This document shows positions 1 through 9,211 of a stretch of 42,005 bases of DNA, one piece after another. Under the pieces are notes generated by a model that made no database searches, had not been told where the DNA came from, and was given only the letters and a program-made list of their open reading frames with translations. The translations under genes were made by a program, and so were the position numbers. The stretch is from an uncultured Pseudomonadota bacterium (GTDB taxonomy: Bacteria; UBA10199; JADFYH01), in NCBI GenBank assembly GCA_964414715.1, contig CAYPXN010000068.1:1-42005 (forward strand). The letters are read 5' to 3'. Positions within the stretch are counted from its first letter, which is position 1, and every line of letters starts with the position of its first letter.

Positions 1-1218
1 GGCTTGCAGCTTGCTCATTACTCAGACGAAAATGTGATCGTGAATGGAAATCAGTTTTCAAACAACACTGATGCCTTGTCGGGGAGCGGAGGTGGGGTGG
101 CGATTAGTTTTACGGGAACAGCCATTACAAATCCCGTCGTGATTTCTAATAATCTTGTTTATGGAAATACTGTCGATCAGAAATTTGGAGGTATGGGAAT
201 TAATACTTATGTTCCGGTGATACTTGATATTGTGAACAATACGATTGTAGGAAACAAAACCGTGAATAGCGGTGTGACGGTGACAGCTCCTCCCGCACTT
301 ACTTATGATGGGGGAGGTTTGGGAATTTCCATTGCTTCAGACGATGTGGTGGTAAATTTATATAATAACATCATTTATGGAAATACGGCTCAAACGCCCA
401 ATACGGGAGATGATGTTGTTTTTGAAATTAATACTCATACTCCCACCTTGAATATCTTTAATAATAATTTAAGTTTCAATGGAATATGTAAAACAACTAA
501 TCCCTCGGATACTTCGACATATACCTGTGGTTTGACAAGTGTTGCAACGACCAACGGTGATAATTTGGATAATGTGGATCCTGGTTTTGTAGATACGGCG
601 AGTGAAAATTATCATTTGTTGGAAAGCTCTCAGATGATTAAAGCGGGGAGTTCGAGTGCTCCGGGTTTGCCTGCTTTTGACATGACGGGAGTGGTGGCGA
701 TGGATAGTCCTCCGGATCTGGGAGCCTTGCAGTTTGTGCTGAGCCAGCTGGATATCAATTTGACTTCGTATAACTTTGGCAATTTTTCAGGTGGAACGCA
801 GAGTCAGGTGTTTGTTTTAACGAATAATGGGAGTCAGCCCACGGATATTACGGGAATTACTCTGACAAATGATACGGATTTTGGATTGAACTTTAATGCG
901 ACGACGAGTTTGAACCGTGCTTTAAGAGCTGCGACAACAACGACGGCCTGTGGAAGTGGAAGTTTTAGTTTGGCAGCAGGAGCGAGTTGCAGTTTTGCGG
1001 TAAATTTTACGCCTCAGAATTTTGGAGCGATTAGCGGGGCGTTGAATGTGGCTTATGGGACGAGTTCAACGATTACGGTTCCCTTGACCGGTTTTGCGGG
1101 AGGGATCGGAGGCGGAGGATGTAGTATGAATCCTTTGTCCACTGCTTCATCCGCTCTTAATATAGTCTGGATGCTTCCTTTTACATTTTTATTGGCTTTT
1201 AGAAAGAGGCGTCTTTAA
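1..1218 (+). CDS. secreted right-handed beta-helix protein (choice-of-anchor Q-like) with an Ig-like (choice-of-anchor D-like) domain and a C-terminal sorting signal; 5' end lies outside the window
   Basis: Frame 1 is open from the window edge to TAA 1216-1218. Repeated NNxIxGN beta-helix rungs. 'ENYHL...PPDLGALQF' end-cap. Tail GGGGCSMNPLSTASSALNIVWMLPFTFLLAFRKRRL. Confidence 0.75.
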   Translation, partial: GLQLAHYSDENVIVNGNQFSNNTDALSGSGGGVAISFTGTAITNPVVISNNLVYGNTVDQKFGGMGINTYVPVILDIVNNTIVGNKTVNSGVTVTAPPALTYDGGGLGISIASDDVVVNLYNNIIYGNTAQTPNTGDDVVFEINTHTPTLNIFNNNLSFNGICKTTNPSDTSTYTCGLTSVATTNGDNLDNVDPGFVDTASENYHLLESSQMIKAGSSSAPGLPAFDMTGVVAMDSPPDLGALQFVLSQLDINLTSYNFGNFSGGTQSQVFVLTNNGSQPTDITGITLTNDTDFGLNFNATTSLNRALRAATTTTACGSGSFSLAAGASCSFAVNFTPQNFGAISGALNVAYGTSSTITVPLTGFAGGIGGGGCSMNPLSTASSALNIVWMLPFTFLLAFRKRRL

Positions 1219-1245
1219 AGAGCAATCGAAATAAATAAAATAAAA

Positions 1246-1284
1246 AATCCTGCTTTCGTTCTTTGTGAGAGCGGGATTTTTTTA
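1246..1284 (+). terminator. Rho-independent terminator
   Basis: 12-bp stem aatcctgctttc/gagagcgggatt (2 G-U pairs), 9-nt loop, followed by ttttttattt. Confidence 0.65.
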
Positions 1285-1289
1285 TTTCT

Positions 1290-1333
1290 ATTGTCATAAT
1301 AATTTTGACAATTGTCATAATAATTAGTACAAT
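1290..1333 (+). promoter_or_regulatory. sigma-70 promoter TTGACA-N17-TACAAT bracketed by two direct repeats ATTGTCATAATAATT (putative operator)
   Basis: DR1 1290-1304, -35 TTGACA 1305-1310, DR2 1311-1325, -10 TACAAT 1328-1333. ATG of the wHTH gene is at 1341. Confidence 0.6.
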
Positions 1334-1340
1334 AAGGGGT

Positions 1341-1775
1341 ATGGATTTATCTTTTTTAATTCCTTCAAAAGTGCGCCGAGAAGTACTTCGTTTTTTTGCC
1401 GAAAATCCTTCGGTGGAAATGGGGGTGCGCGAAATTGCGCGCGAGCTCAAACTTTCTCCACAGGTGACTCATCGGGAATTGGTGAATCTGGAAAATTGGG
1501 GGTTTTTGTTTTCTTCCAAGAAAGGAAATACGAGAGCATTCCGGGTGAATGAGAGGTTTCAGTTATATCCAGCGCTTCGCCAAATATATGAGATAGATCA
1601 AGCAGATAAAAACAAGAGTTACGAGATCGATCAGGTTCAAGATCTCGATAAAATGATCGCGAAGGTTTCTAAAATTTCTGTGCCTAACTCCCTTTTGCGT
1701 AAGATGGGAACATCAAAGAGGTTAAAGCCTCGAGCTTGGGCAGAAGGTAAAATATTGTCAAAAAATATTTTATGA
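1341..1775 (+). CDS. winged helix-turn-helix (ArsR/MarR-like) DNA-binding protein
   Basis: 'VRREVLRFFAENPSVEMGVREIARELKLSPQVTHRELVNLENWGFLFSSKKGNTRAFRV' fits a wHTH pattern. ATG 1341 follows AAGGGG. The ORF-track start at 1305 is the TTG of the -35 box. The stop overlaps the next start (ATGA 1772-1775). Confidence 0.7.
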   Translation: MDLSFLIPSKVRREVLRFFAENPSVEMGVREIARELKLSPQVTHRELVNLENWGFLFSSKKGNTRAFRVNERFQLYPALRQIYEIDQADKNKSYEIDQVQDLDKMIAKVSKISVPNSLLRKMGTSKRLKPRAWAEGKILSKNIL

Positions 1776-2353
1776 ATAAGGAATTCCAAAAACATTTAAA
1801 AAAAATAAGTTTATTGGATGAAACGCGCAAAAAAATTACCTTGGCAGCTTTTTTAACGAAGCTTTTTCGGCAAGAAGGCGTGGGTTTGGTAGTCGTGGGA
1901 GGTGCAGCAGTCCAATATTATACCCTTTCTGAATTTGTGACCCATGACTTAGACGCAGTATTGAACGGTGATACAAAAGAAATTATTGAAAAAGTGATGC
2001 GTGATTTAGGATTTAAAAGAACCACTATGTATCGTCATTTTGAGCACCCTTTATTTGATTTTGTGGTGGAATTTCCTCCTTCCCCCATTGAAGTAGCAAG
2101 TCGTATCCTGAATAAAATGAACCTCGTAAAAACTTCAGAGGGAGAAGTGCAAGTTGTTCGAGTGGAAGATTTAATCATGGATCGCATTACGGCAGCTGTG
2201 GAGTGGAAAGACGGCGCTTCACTAGATCAAGCAAAGTTGATGTATGTAAAGCACCATAAATTTATCGATCAAGACTACCTCACCCAATTTGCCAAAGAAG
2301 AGGGCTATTTAAAAACCTTGAAAGAAGTGATGAAAGTGGTTGAAGAATCCTGA
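1772..2353 (+). CDS. small polymerase-beta-fold nucleotidyltransferase-like protein
   Basis: 'VVVGGAAVQYYTLSEFVTHDLDAV' matches the GG-x(n)-DxD NTase signature. A downstream acidic 'VRVEDLIMDRI' follows. Translationally coupled to the wHTH gene. Confidence 0.6.
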   Translation: MNKEFQKHLKKISLLDETRKKITLAAFLTKLFRQEGVGLVVVGGAAVQYYTLSEFVTHDLDAVLNGDTKEIIEKVMRDLGFKRTTMYRHFEHPLFDFVVEFPPSPIEVASRILNKMNLVKTSEGEVQVVRVEDLIMDRITAAVEWKDGASLDQAKLMYVKHHKFIDQDYLTQFAKEEGYLKTLKEVMKVVEES

Positions 2354-2376
2354 AGATTCCTCTTACAATCCCGCCC

Positions 2377-3444
2377 ATGGCTAAACTTCTCATTAAAGAT
2401 CTCAAAGAAAACGAAAATTTTGATACGACATTTTTGGTGAATCAAAAATCACTTTTGATTTCCAAAACCAATCGACCCTACTTGAGTATCAAGTTGGGTG
2501 ATGCTTCGGGAGATGCTGAGGGAAGAGTCTGGGATCATGCAGAGGAAATTGCTGCCCTTTTTGATAAGAATGATTTCATTCGCGCCTTGGGACGTCCAGT
2601 GATGTATCAGGATAAAATGCAACTGAACATTGTGCGGGTGGAAAGATTGGATCCTGAAAAAGTAGATATTTCGGATTATCTTCCGGTGAGTCAGCGGAAT
2701 ATCGAGGAGATGTTTGCAAAACTTTTGTCTTTCATCCGAAACGATATTCGTAATTCTTGGGTGAAAAAATTTCTGCTTTCCATTTTTGAAGATTCGGAAA
2801 TCGTCAAACGTTTCAAAAGGGCGCCTGCGGCCAAAACCCATCATCATGCCTGGATTGGCGGTTTGCTCGAGCATGTCTTGCATCTTTGTGAATTGGGTAA
2901 AGATGTTTTGAAACATTATCCCCAGGTAAATGCGGATCTGGTTTATACCGGTTTGATGTTGCACGATATCGGTAAAATCTATGAGATGAGTTATGAGAAA
3001 TCTTTTGGATATACCGATGATGGCCAATTGGTGGGCCATCTGATCCAGGGCGTGGAGATGGTTTACGACAAGATTCGTTCCATTCCCCAGTTTCCTGATA
3101 AAATCAAAACCCACATCGTTCATTTGATTTTAGCCCATCATGGAAGGCTCGAATTTGGTTCTCCCAAACTTCCCATGACCATGGAAGCCATTATGGTTCA
3201 TTATCTGGATGACATGGATTCAAAAATTCAGGGAGTGCTCGATTTGGCGGCCAAAGAAAATAATCCGGATTCGGATTGGGTTGCCTTTAATCGATTGTTT
3301 GGGCGTCCCATGTATATTGGTACCCGCCAAGATATGAAAGAAAAAGAAGGTTTAATTCTTTCTTCTTCATCACCGAATTCTTCTCCTAAAAAAAGTTATA
3401 AAGAGCCTTTGACCACGAATTTGGGAGATTTACTCAAAAAGTAA
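2377..3444 (+). CDS. yhaM: OB-fold + HD-domain 3'-5' exoribonuclease, YhaM family
   Basis: N-terminal OB-fold-like region, then 'HHHAWIGGLLEH...LMLHDIGK...AHHG' HD-domain metal ligands. Confidence 0.8.
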   Translation: MAKLLIKDLKENENFDTTFLVNQKSLLISKTNRPYLSIKLGDASGDAEGRVWDHAEEIAALFDKNDFIRALGRPVMYQDKMQLNIVRVERLDPEKVDISDYLPVSQRNIEEMFAKLLSFIRNDIRNSWVKKFLLSIFEDSEIVKRFKRAPAAKTHHHAWIGGLLEHVLHLCELGKDVLKHYPQVNADLVYTGLMLHDIGKIYEMSYEKSFGYTDDGQLVGHLIQGVEMVYDKIRSIPQFPDKIKTHIVHLILAHHGRLEFGSPKLPMTMEAIMVHYLDDMDSKIQGVLDLAAKENNPDSDWVAFNRLFGRPMYIGTRQDMKEKEGLILSSSSPNSSPKKSYKEPLTTNLGDLLKK

Positions 3445-3508
3445 AAGTGCTACTCTCGCATTTTTGAAAGATTAAAAATTGAAGGGGTATATTTTTTTAG
3501 GAGGGACT

Positions 3509-6500
3509 ATGTCTTGTTTTCGAGGGAAGATTTGTCTTTTAGTTTTTGTGTTTCTGTTTTTTCTTTTTTCTTTTCAACAAACTGCATTTTCTTTCGATGA
3601 ACAAAACCTTCCCGATTCCCTCAAGCCCTGGATAAGTTGGGTGATGTATGGACATGAAGATGAAAAATGTCCGGGTGTGAACGGAGACAAAGTTTGTCAA
3701 TGGCCCTCGGTACTCAGTTTAAAACTGAATGATAAAGGTGGAGAATTTAATCAGACTTGGAAAGTGATGAAGGAAGATTGGGTTGTTTTGCCCGGCAACG
3801 AAGAATTTTGGCCCCAAAATGTGAAAGTGAATGGTCAGCCTGTAGCAGTGATTTTTCGTGAAAGCTTTCCGGCTGTTTATCTGAAAGCAGGACAATACAA
3901 TATCAGCGGAAATTTTAGCTGGGATAATCTTCCGGAGAGTTTTTCTATCCCCGAAGAAACAGGTTCTGTAAAGCTTTGGGTCAAGGGAAAAGAAATCCTG
4001 TTTCCACGTCGTGAAGAAGCGGGTTCGATTTGGCTCGAGCAAGAAGCGAAAGAGGGAAGTGGAGAAGATCATCTGGAAGTGCGCGTGAATCGAAAAATGG
4101 AAGATGAAATCCCCTTTGTTTTGCTGACAGAGATTCGTCTAGATGTTTCTGGAAAATCCCGTGAAGTAGTTTTAGGGAAGGCACTTCCTTCCGGTTTTGT
4201 GCCGATGTCGCTGTCCGGTTCTTTGCCTGCCCGTTTGGATGAACAGGGGCAATTGCATGTGCAGGCAAAAGCAGGTCAATGGACTCTTACTTTGGAAGCG
4301 CGTCATGAAGGTCCGGTAAATGAAATTCAGTGGACGCTTCCTGCAGCGCCTTGGCCCAATCAGGAAATTTGGGCTTTTGCGGCGGATAATAATTTTCGTT
4401 TGGTGAGTTTGGAAGGGGTTCCCACGATTGACCCTCAGCAGACCAATTTGCCCGATGCCTGGAAAAAATTACCCACGTATCAAGTGGAAGGTGACGCGAC
4501 GATTCATTTTGTGGAAAAAAGAAGAGGAGATTCTGATCCTGCTCCGGATCAGTTGACCCTACATCGCCAATGGTGGCTCGATTTTGATGGAGGCGGTTTT
4601 ACCATCCAGGACAGAGTTCAGGGAGCCTTAAAAAGAAGCAGCCGTTTGGAAATGAATCCTCCCATGCAATTGGGGCGGGTGGCAGTCAATGGGCAAGATC
4701 AGTGGATTACAAAATTGCCGGGTAGTGATCGTGAAGGAATTGAAATTCGGCAGGGAAATTTGAATATCTCGGCAGAAAGTCGACTGGAAGGCTCTTATCG
4801 CAGGGTGTCTGCTGTTTCCTGGGATCACAATTTTAAACAAGTGAGTGGAACTTTGAATCTTCCTCCGGGCTGGAAGGTATTTGCAATCTCGGGAGTGGAT
4901 CAAAGTATTGATACCTGGCTAAACCGCTGGAGTTTGCTGGATCTTTTCGTGGTGCTGATTGTCTCGATTGCATTTTATAAATTGGCGGGACGTCCTTGGG
5001 GAATTTTGTCTTTGATTACATTGGCCTTAACTTACAAAGAGGCAGAGGCTCCACAATGGATTTGGCTTTTCCTGATTGTGGGAATTGCATTGGTACGTTT
5101 TCTGCCGGAAGGAAAATTTAAAAAAATCGTCAATATCTACCGTTTGACTTGTGTGTTGATTCTCCTGGTTTTGACGCTTCCTTTCATGGTGCGTCAACTG
5201 AGGGTAGCCTTGTATCCTTCCCTGGAATATCCTTACAAAGTTTTGGAAAATCGTCAGGGTTCTTATTCCAACTCTTTAGAACAAGAAAACGCACCCGCGG
5301 GGATGCTCAATGCTCCGGCTCCTCTTCCCCAAGCTCAGGTTGCAAAAGATAATGTGGCCATAGAAGATGAAAAAGCTCCGCCGCCCAAAATGATGCTGAA
5401 AAAAGAAGCAAAACTTCCAGCACCTCCACAAGAAGAAGGTATCGTCGGAGGAGTTGATAGAAATCAAATGGCGAAAATGGCCGTGCCCAGCATGTCCAAG
5501 TCCTCTGTTTCCAAAAATCTTTTGGAACAAAGACCCGGCACCAAAATTCAGACAGGACCTGGTTTGCCAAAATGGCTTTGGCAAAGTGTGCAGTTGAATT
5601 GGAGCGGTCCTGTTTCTAAAGACCAGAAAATCTTTTTCATGCTCATGCCTCCCTGGCTCAATTGTATTTTGGCCTTTGCGAGAGTTGCCTTATTGGGATT
5701 CTTCATTTTGGGTCTTTTGAAATTCCCCGGAAAATTCTGGCCTGAAAAAATTAAAACTCAATGGGCCATGGGTTTGGCAGCCTTATTCTTTTGTCTGATG
5801 ATGGGGGTAGCACCTTCTGCTCATGCAGAATTTCCATCAGATAATATGTTGAATGAGTTGCGCGAACGTTTGTTGGCAAAACCGGACTGTGATCCGAATT
5901 GTGCGGCGATTTCGCGGATGAATCTAGAAGTGCAGGGAGCTCAGCTGAGAATACGTCTGGAAGTGAATGCACTGGTAGATTCAAGCATTGCTATTCCGGG
6001 AGGTAGAAAAGAATGGCTGCCCACCCAAGTGAGCATGGATGGACAAGGTTTTGCCGGATTCATCAGTCAGGAAGATGGTTCTTTATGGTTGTCCGTACCT
6101 GCGGGAGTTCATCAAGTATTGTTGGAAGGCTCTTTGCCGGATCAGGAAAGTGTGAATTTGGCTTTGCCATTAAAGCCTTACTATGTGACGGCGAATACAT
6201 CGGGTTGGAGTGTGGAAGGCATTCATGAAAATGGGAGCGTCGACGATACTTTGCGTTTGATTCGTCGTGCAGCAGCATCAAGCACTCAGCCTGCCTCTAA
6301 AAATAGTAATAACAATTCGAATGTGTTTCCTCCTTTTGTAAAACTGGAACGACATTTGGAGTTGGGTTTGACCTGGCAGGTGCATAATAAAATTAGCCGA
6401 CTGGGTCCCGAAGGAAGTGCGGTGTTGATCGAAGTGCCTTTGCTGGAAGGTGAATCTGTAACCAGTGAAGGCGTTCGAGTGAATCAAAACAAGGTGGCTG

Positions 6501-7699
6501 TAAACATGGGACCCACTTCCCGGGAGTTTACATGGGAGTCGGTTCTTGCAGAAAATCCAAAAATTCATTTGCAAGCTCCGCAAACCAATTCCTGGATGGA
6601 AACCTGGATCTTGGAAGTCAGTCCTTTATGGCATGTGACTTGGCAGGGAATTCCCGTAATTTTTAATCAACAAGATGCGGGTTTGTGGATGCCTGAATGG
6701 ATGCCTTGGCCGGGAGAAAGTGTGGAGATTGAGATCAGTCGTCCGGAAGGTGTTGCGGGCCAGACCCTCACCGTTGATGATAGCACCTTGGAGGTTTCAC
6801 CCGGATTACGTTTTACCGATATCAAATTGAATACAACGCTTCGGAGTTCCTTGGGAGGGCAACATACTTTTGTATTGCCTGAAGGTGCAGAAGTTCAATC
6901 CTTCAGTATTAACGGACAAAGTCAGGCGATTCGTCAGGAGGGAAGAAATCTGACCTTGCCTGTGCTGCCAGGTTCTCAGACTTTCAATATTCAATGGCAG
7001 GAGCCGGGTGGAATCAAATTTTTCTTCCGAGTTCCGGATATCAACTTGGGAATCAAGAGCGTAAACTCTGAAATTCAAATGCATCTCAGTGATAATCGCT
7101 GGATTATGCTGGTGGGTGGTCCTCGCATGGGGCCTGCGGTGTTGATTTGGAGTTTGATGATTGTATTGGTGTTTGCTTCATTTGCCTTGTCGAAGAGTCA
7201 GCTGACTCCCTTGAAAAGCTACGAATGGATTTTATTGGGTGTGGGTTTGTTTCAATCTCCTTCAAGTCCTATTGTGGTGACCCTGATTGTAGTGGGTTGG
7301 TTGTTGGCTTTGGCTTGGAGAAAGCGAAAAGTGGAAATGGCGAATTTGTTTTTCAATTTTCGACAAATCGTTTTGTGGAGCTGGGCTTTGGTGGCGATTG
7401 TGCTCTTGTTTGTAGCAATTTCACAGGGTTTGATAGGTTATCCTGATATGCAAATAGAAGGAAATGGTTCGAGTGCAAATTTGTTGCGATGGTTTCAGGA
7501 TAGAACCACGACATTGCTTCCCCGTCCTTGGGTAATTTCTTTTCCTTTATATCTTTATCGCATTTCCATGCTGGCTTGGGCCTTGTGGTTGGCGGTTGCT
7601 TTTATTCGCTGGTTAAAATGGGTTTGGGCTTGCATGGGTGAAGGAGGATTTTGGAGGAAGATGCAGAAAGTGCTAAAAGAAGAACCCGTTAAAAAATGA
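3509..7699 (+). CDS. very large polytopic membrane protein of unknown function, internally duplicated
   Basis: AGGAGGG RBS before ATG 3509. N-terminal signal peptide, three clusters of TM helices, a Pro-rich linker and an internal signal-peptide-like segment at 5768-5827. Confidence 0.8.
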   Translation: MSCFRGKICLLVFVFLFFLFSFQQTAFSFDEQNLPDSLKPWISWVMYGHEDEKCPGVNGDKVCQWPSVLSLKLNDKGGEFNQTWKVMKEDWVVLPGNEEFWPQNVKVNGQPVAVIFRESFPAVYLKAGQYNISGNFSWDNLPESFSIPEETGSVKLWVKGKEILFPRREEAGSIWLEQEAKEGSGEDHLEVRVNRKMEDEIPFVLLTEIRLDVSGKSREVVLGKALPSGFVPMSLSGSLPARLDEQGQLHVQAKAGQWTLTLEARHEGPVNEIQWTLPAAPWPNQEIWAFAADNNFRLVSLEGVPTIDPQQTNLPDAWKKLPTYQVEGDATIHFVEKRRGDSDPAPDQLTLHRQWWLDFDGGGFTIQDRVQGALKRSSRLEMNPPMQLGRVAVNGQDQWITKLPGSDREGIEIRQGNLNISAESRLEGSYRRVSAVSWDHNFKQVSGTLNLPPGWKVFAISGVDQSIDTWLNRWSLLDLFVVLIVSIAFYKLAGRPWGILSLITLALTYKEAEAPQWIWLFLIVGIALVRFLPEGKFKKIVNIYRLTCVLILLVLTLPFMVRQLRVALYPSLEYPYKVLENRQGSYSNSLEQENAPAGMLNAPAPLPQAQVAKDNVAIEDEKAPPPKMMLKKEAKLPAPPQEEGIVGGVDRNQMAKMAVPSMSKSSVSKNLLEQRPGTKIQTGPGLPKWLWQSVQLNWSGPVSKDQKIFFMLMPPWLNCILAFARVALLGFFILGLLKFPGKFWPEKIKTQWAMGLAALFFCLMMGVAPSAHAEFPSDNMLNELRERLLAKPDCDPNCAAISRMNLEVQGAQLRIRLEVNALVDSSIAIPGGRKEWLPTQVSMDGQGFAGFISQEDGSLWLSVPAGVHQVLLEGSLPDQESVNLALPLKPYYVTANTSGWSVEGIHENGSVDDTLRLIRRAAASSTQPASKNSNNNSNVFPPFVKLERHLELGLTWQVHNKISRLGPEGSAVLIEVPLLEGESVTSEGVRVNQNKVAVNMGPTSREFTWESVLAENPKIHLQAPQTNSWMETWILEVSPLWHVTWQGIPVIFNQQDAGLWMPEWMPWPGESVEIEISRPEGVAGQTLTVDDSTLEVSPGLRFTDIKLNTTLRSSLGGQHTFVLPEGAEVQSFSINGQSQAIRQEGRNLTLPVLPGSQTFNIQWQEPGGIKFFFRVPDINLGIKSVNSEIQMHLSDNRWIMLVGGPRMGPAVLIWSLMIVLVFASFALSKSQLTPLKSYEWILLGVGLFQSPSSPIVVTLIVVGWLLALAWRKRKVEMANLFFNFRQIVLWSWALVAIVLLFVAISQGLIGYPDMQIEGNGSSANLLRWFQDRTTTLLPRPWVISFPLYLYRISMLAWALWLAVAFIRWLKWVWACMGEGGFWRKMQKVLKEEPVKK

Positions 7700-7951
7700 T
7701 TATTTAGAAAGGTATAATAGAAGACTTAAGAAAATGCAGAGTCCCAAGAGAAGCCAACCCGTGACTTGCATTACTTGGATGCGGGTTTTGGAAGCTTCTT
7801 CAGGAAGTTTGATGTTATGCAGGTTTTTACCTTTGATCTGAGTGGAATCATACCATTCATTTACGTGATGCATCCAGCGAGGAGACAGGATCATGGCGAT
7901 GCTAAAAAGGATGGGTAAAATAAAAATGAGTAGATAGTGCATTAAGTCCAT
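7700..7951 (-). CDS. small two-TM membrane protein (hypothetical)
   Basis: 83-aa ORF with two hydrophobic helices. Its ATG overlaps the 3' end of the NYN gene by 10 nt. No recognisable family. Confidence 0.4.
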   Translation of the reverse strand: MDLMHYLLIFILPILFSIAMILSPRWMHHVNEWYDSTQIKGKNLHNIKLPEEASKTRIQVMQVTGWLLLGLCIFLSLLLYLSK

Positions 7952-8469
7952 CGTTTAATTTTTCCGTAAACCTTGCGATCTTTTTTGGGCCTTCGATGCG
8001 AAGGCCCTTTTTTTTGTGTGCCTTTTTTCGGATCAAAACCTTCTTCTTCGTCATTTGAGAAAGAAGCATGTCCACGTGCAATGCGGGAAAGAATACGATC
8101 AAATTCTTTCGAATTCATGGCCGAAGCTCCTGCTTTTTGGGAGTTTTCGACCACTTCACGATCCGAGCTCACCACAATCGCAGCGTGTCTTTTTTGTTGG
8201 GCAAGTTCAACAATTACTTCGTCGGCGATTTCTCCACCCTTGGTAAAAAGAGTGGTAACGGGGCCATGATATTCTTCATGACGGTGGAACTCAGCGCTTC
8301 CTCCGTGATCAAATACACAAATTATTTTTTCTCCAGACATGTAGGCAAATTCTTTGAGTCGTGAAATTAACTCGTGTTGCGCCTTTTCAAAATTTTTGGA
8401 TTCAATCAAAACAAGGTCGTGAGATTGTCGTATGAGATTGAAACCATCAATAATCCAAGTAGAAGCCAT
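7942..8469 (-). CDS. NYN-domain ribonuclease, YacP/Rae1-like
   Basis: 'WIIDGFNLI' N-terminus and the 'AAIVVSSDREV' motif pattern of the YacP family. Basic C-terminal tail. Confidence 0.8.
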   Translation of the reverse strand: MASTWIIDGFNLIRQSHDLVLIESKNFEKAQHELISRLKEFAYMSGEKIICVFDHGGSAEFHRHEEYHGPVTTLFTKGGEIADEVIVELAQQKRHAAIVVSSDREVVENSQKAGASAMNSKEFDRILSRIARGHASFSNDEEEGFDPKKGTQKKGPSHRRPKKDRKVYGKIKRWT

Positions 8470-8598
8470 ATTTTTTTCACTTTTTTTTAAAAACTATTTT
8501 TTAAGCAGCAGATTAATTTTTAAGCATCTTGTTAAGATTCAGTTAAGAGACCTTGATTGCAAATATACGAAAGTATTTTGAATTTGTAATAGTTAATT

Positions 8599-8614
8599 TG
8601 GCATAAACCTTGCT
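8599..8614 (+). promoter_or_regulatory. sigma-54 (-24/-12) promoter upstream of glnB-glnA
   Basis: TGGCAT-aaacc-TTGCT matches TGGCAC-N5-TTGCW. The extended sequence is nearly identical to a second copy at 10823. Confidence 0.6.
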
Positions 8615-8765
8615 TGCTATTGAATAAGTTTTTGTAAAAAAAAATAAAGTCGATAAAGATGAATACTTACTAAGAGTTATGAGGAGATAAAGCTAGACAG
8701 CAAAAGAAATCGTATGTTAGGCGCTAGCACCTTCCTCTATCAGGTTTTTTTAATGAGCTCCTTGA

Positions 8766-9161
<396 letters not shown>

Positions 9162-9211
9162 AAATTTTGTATGTTTTAAATTGAAACAAAAACCAAGAAG
9201 GAGTGTTTTGT

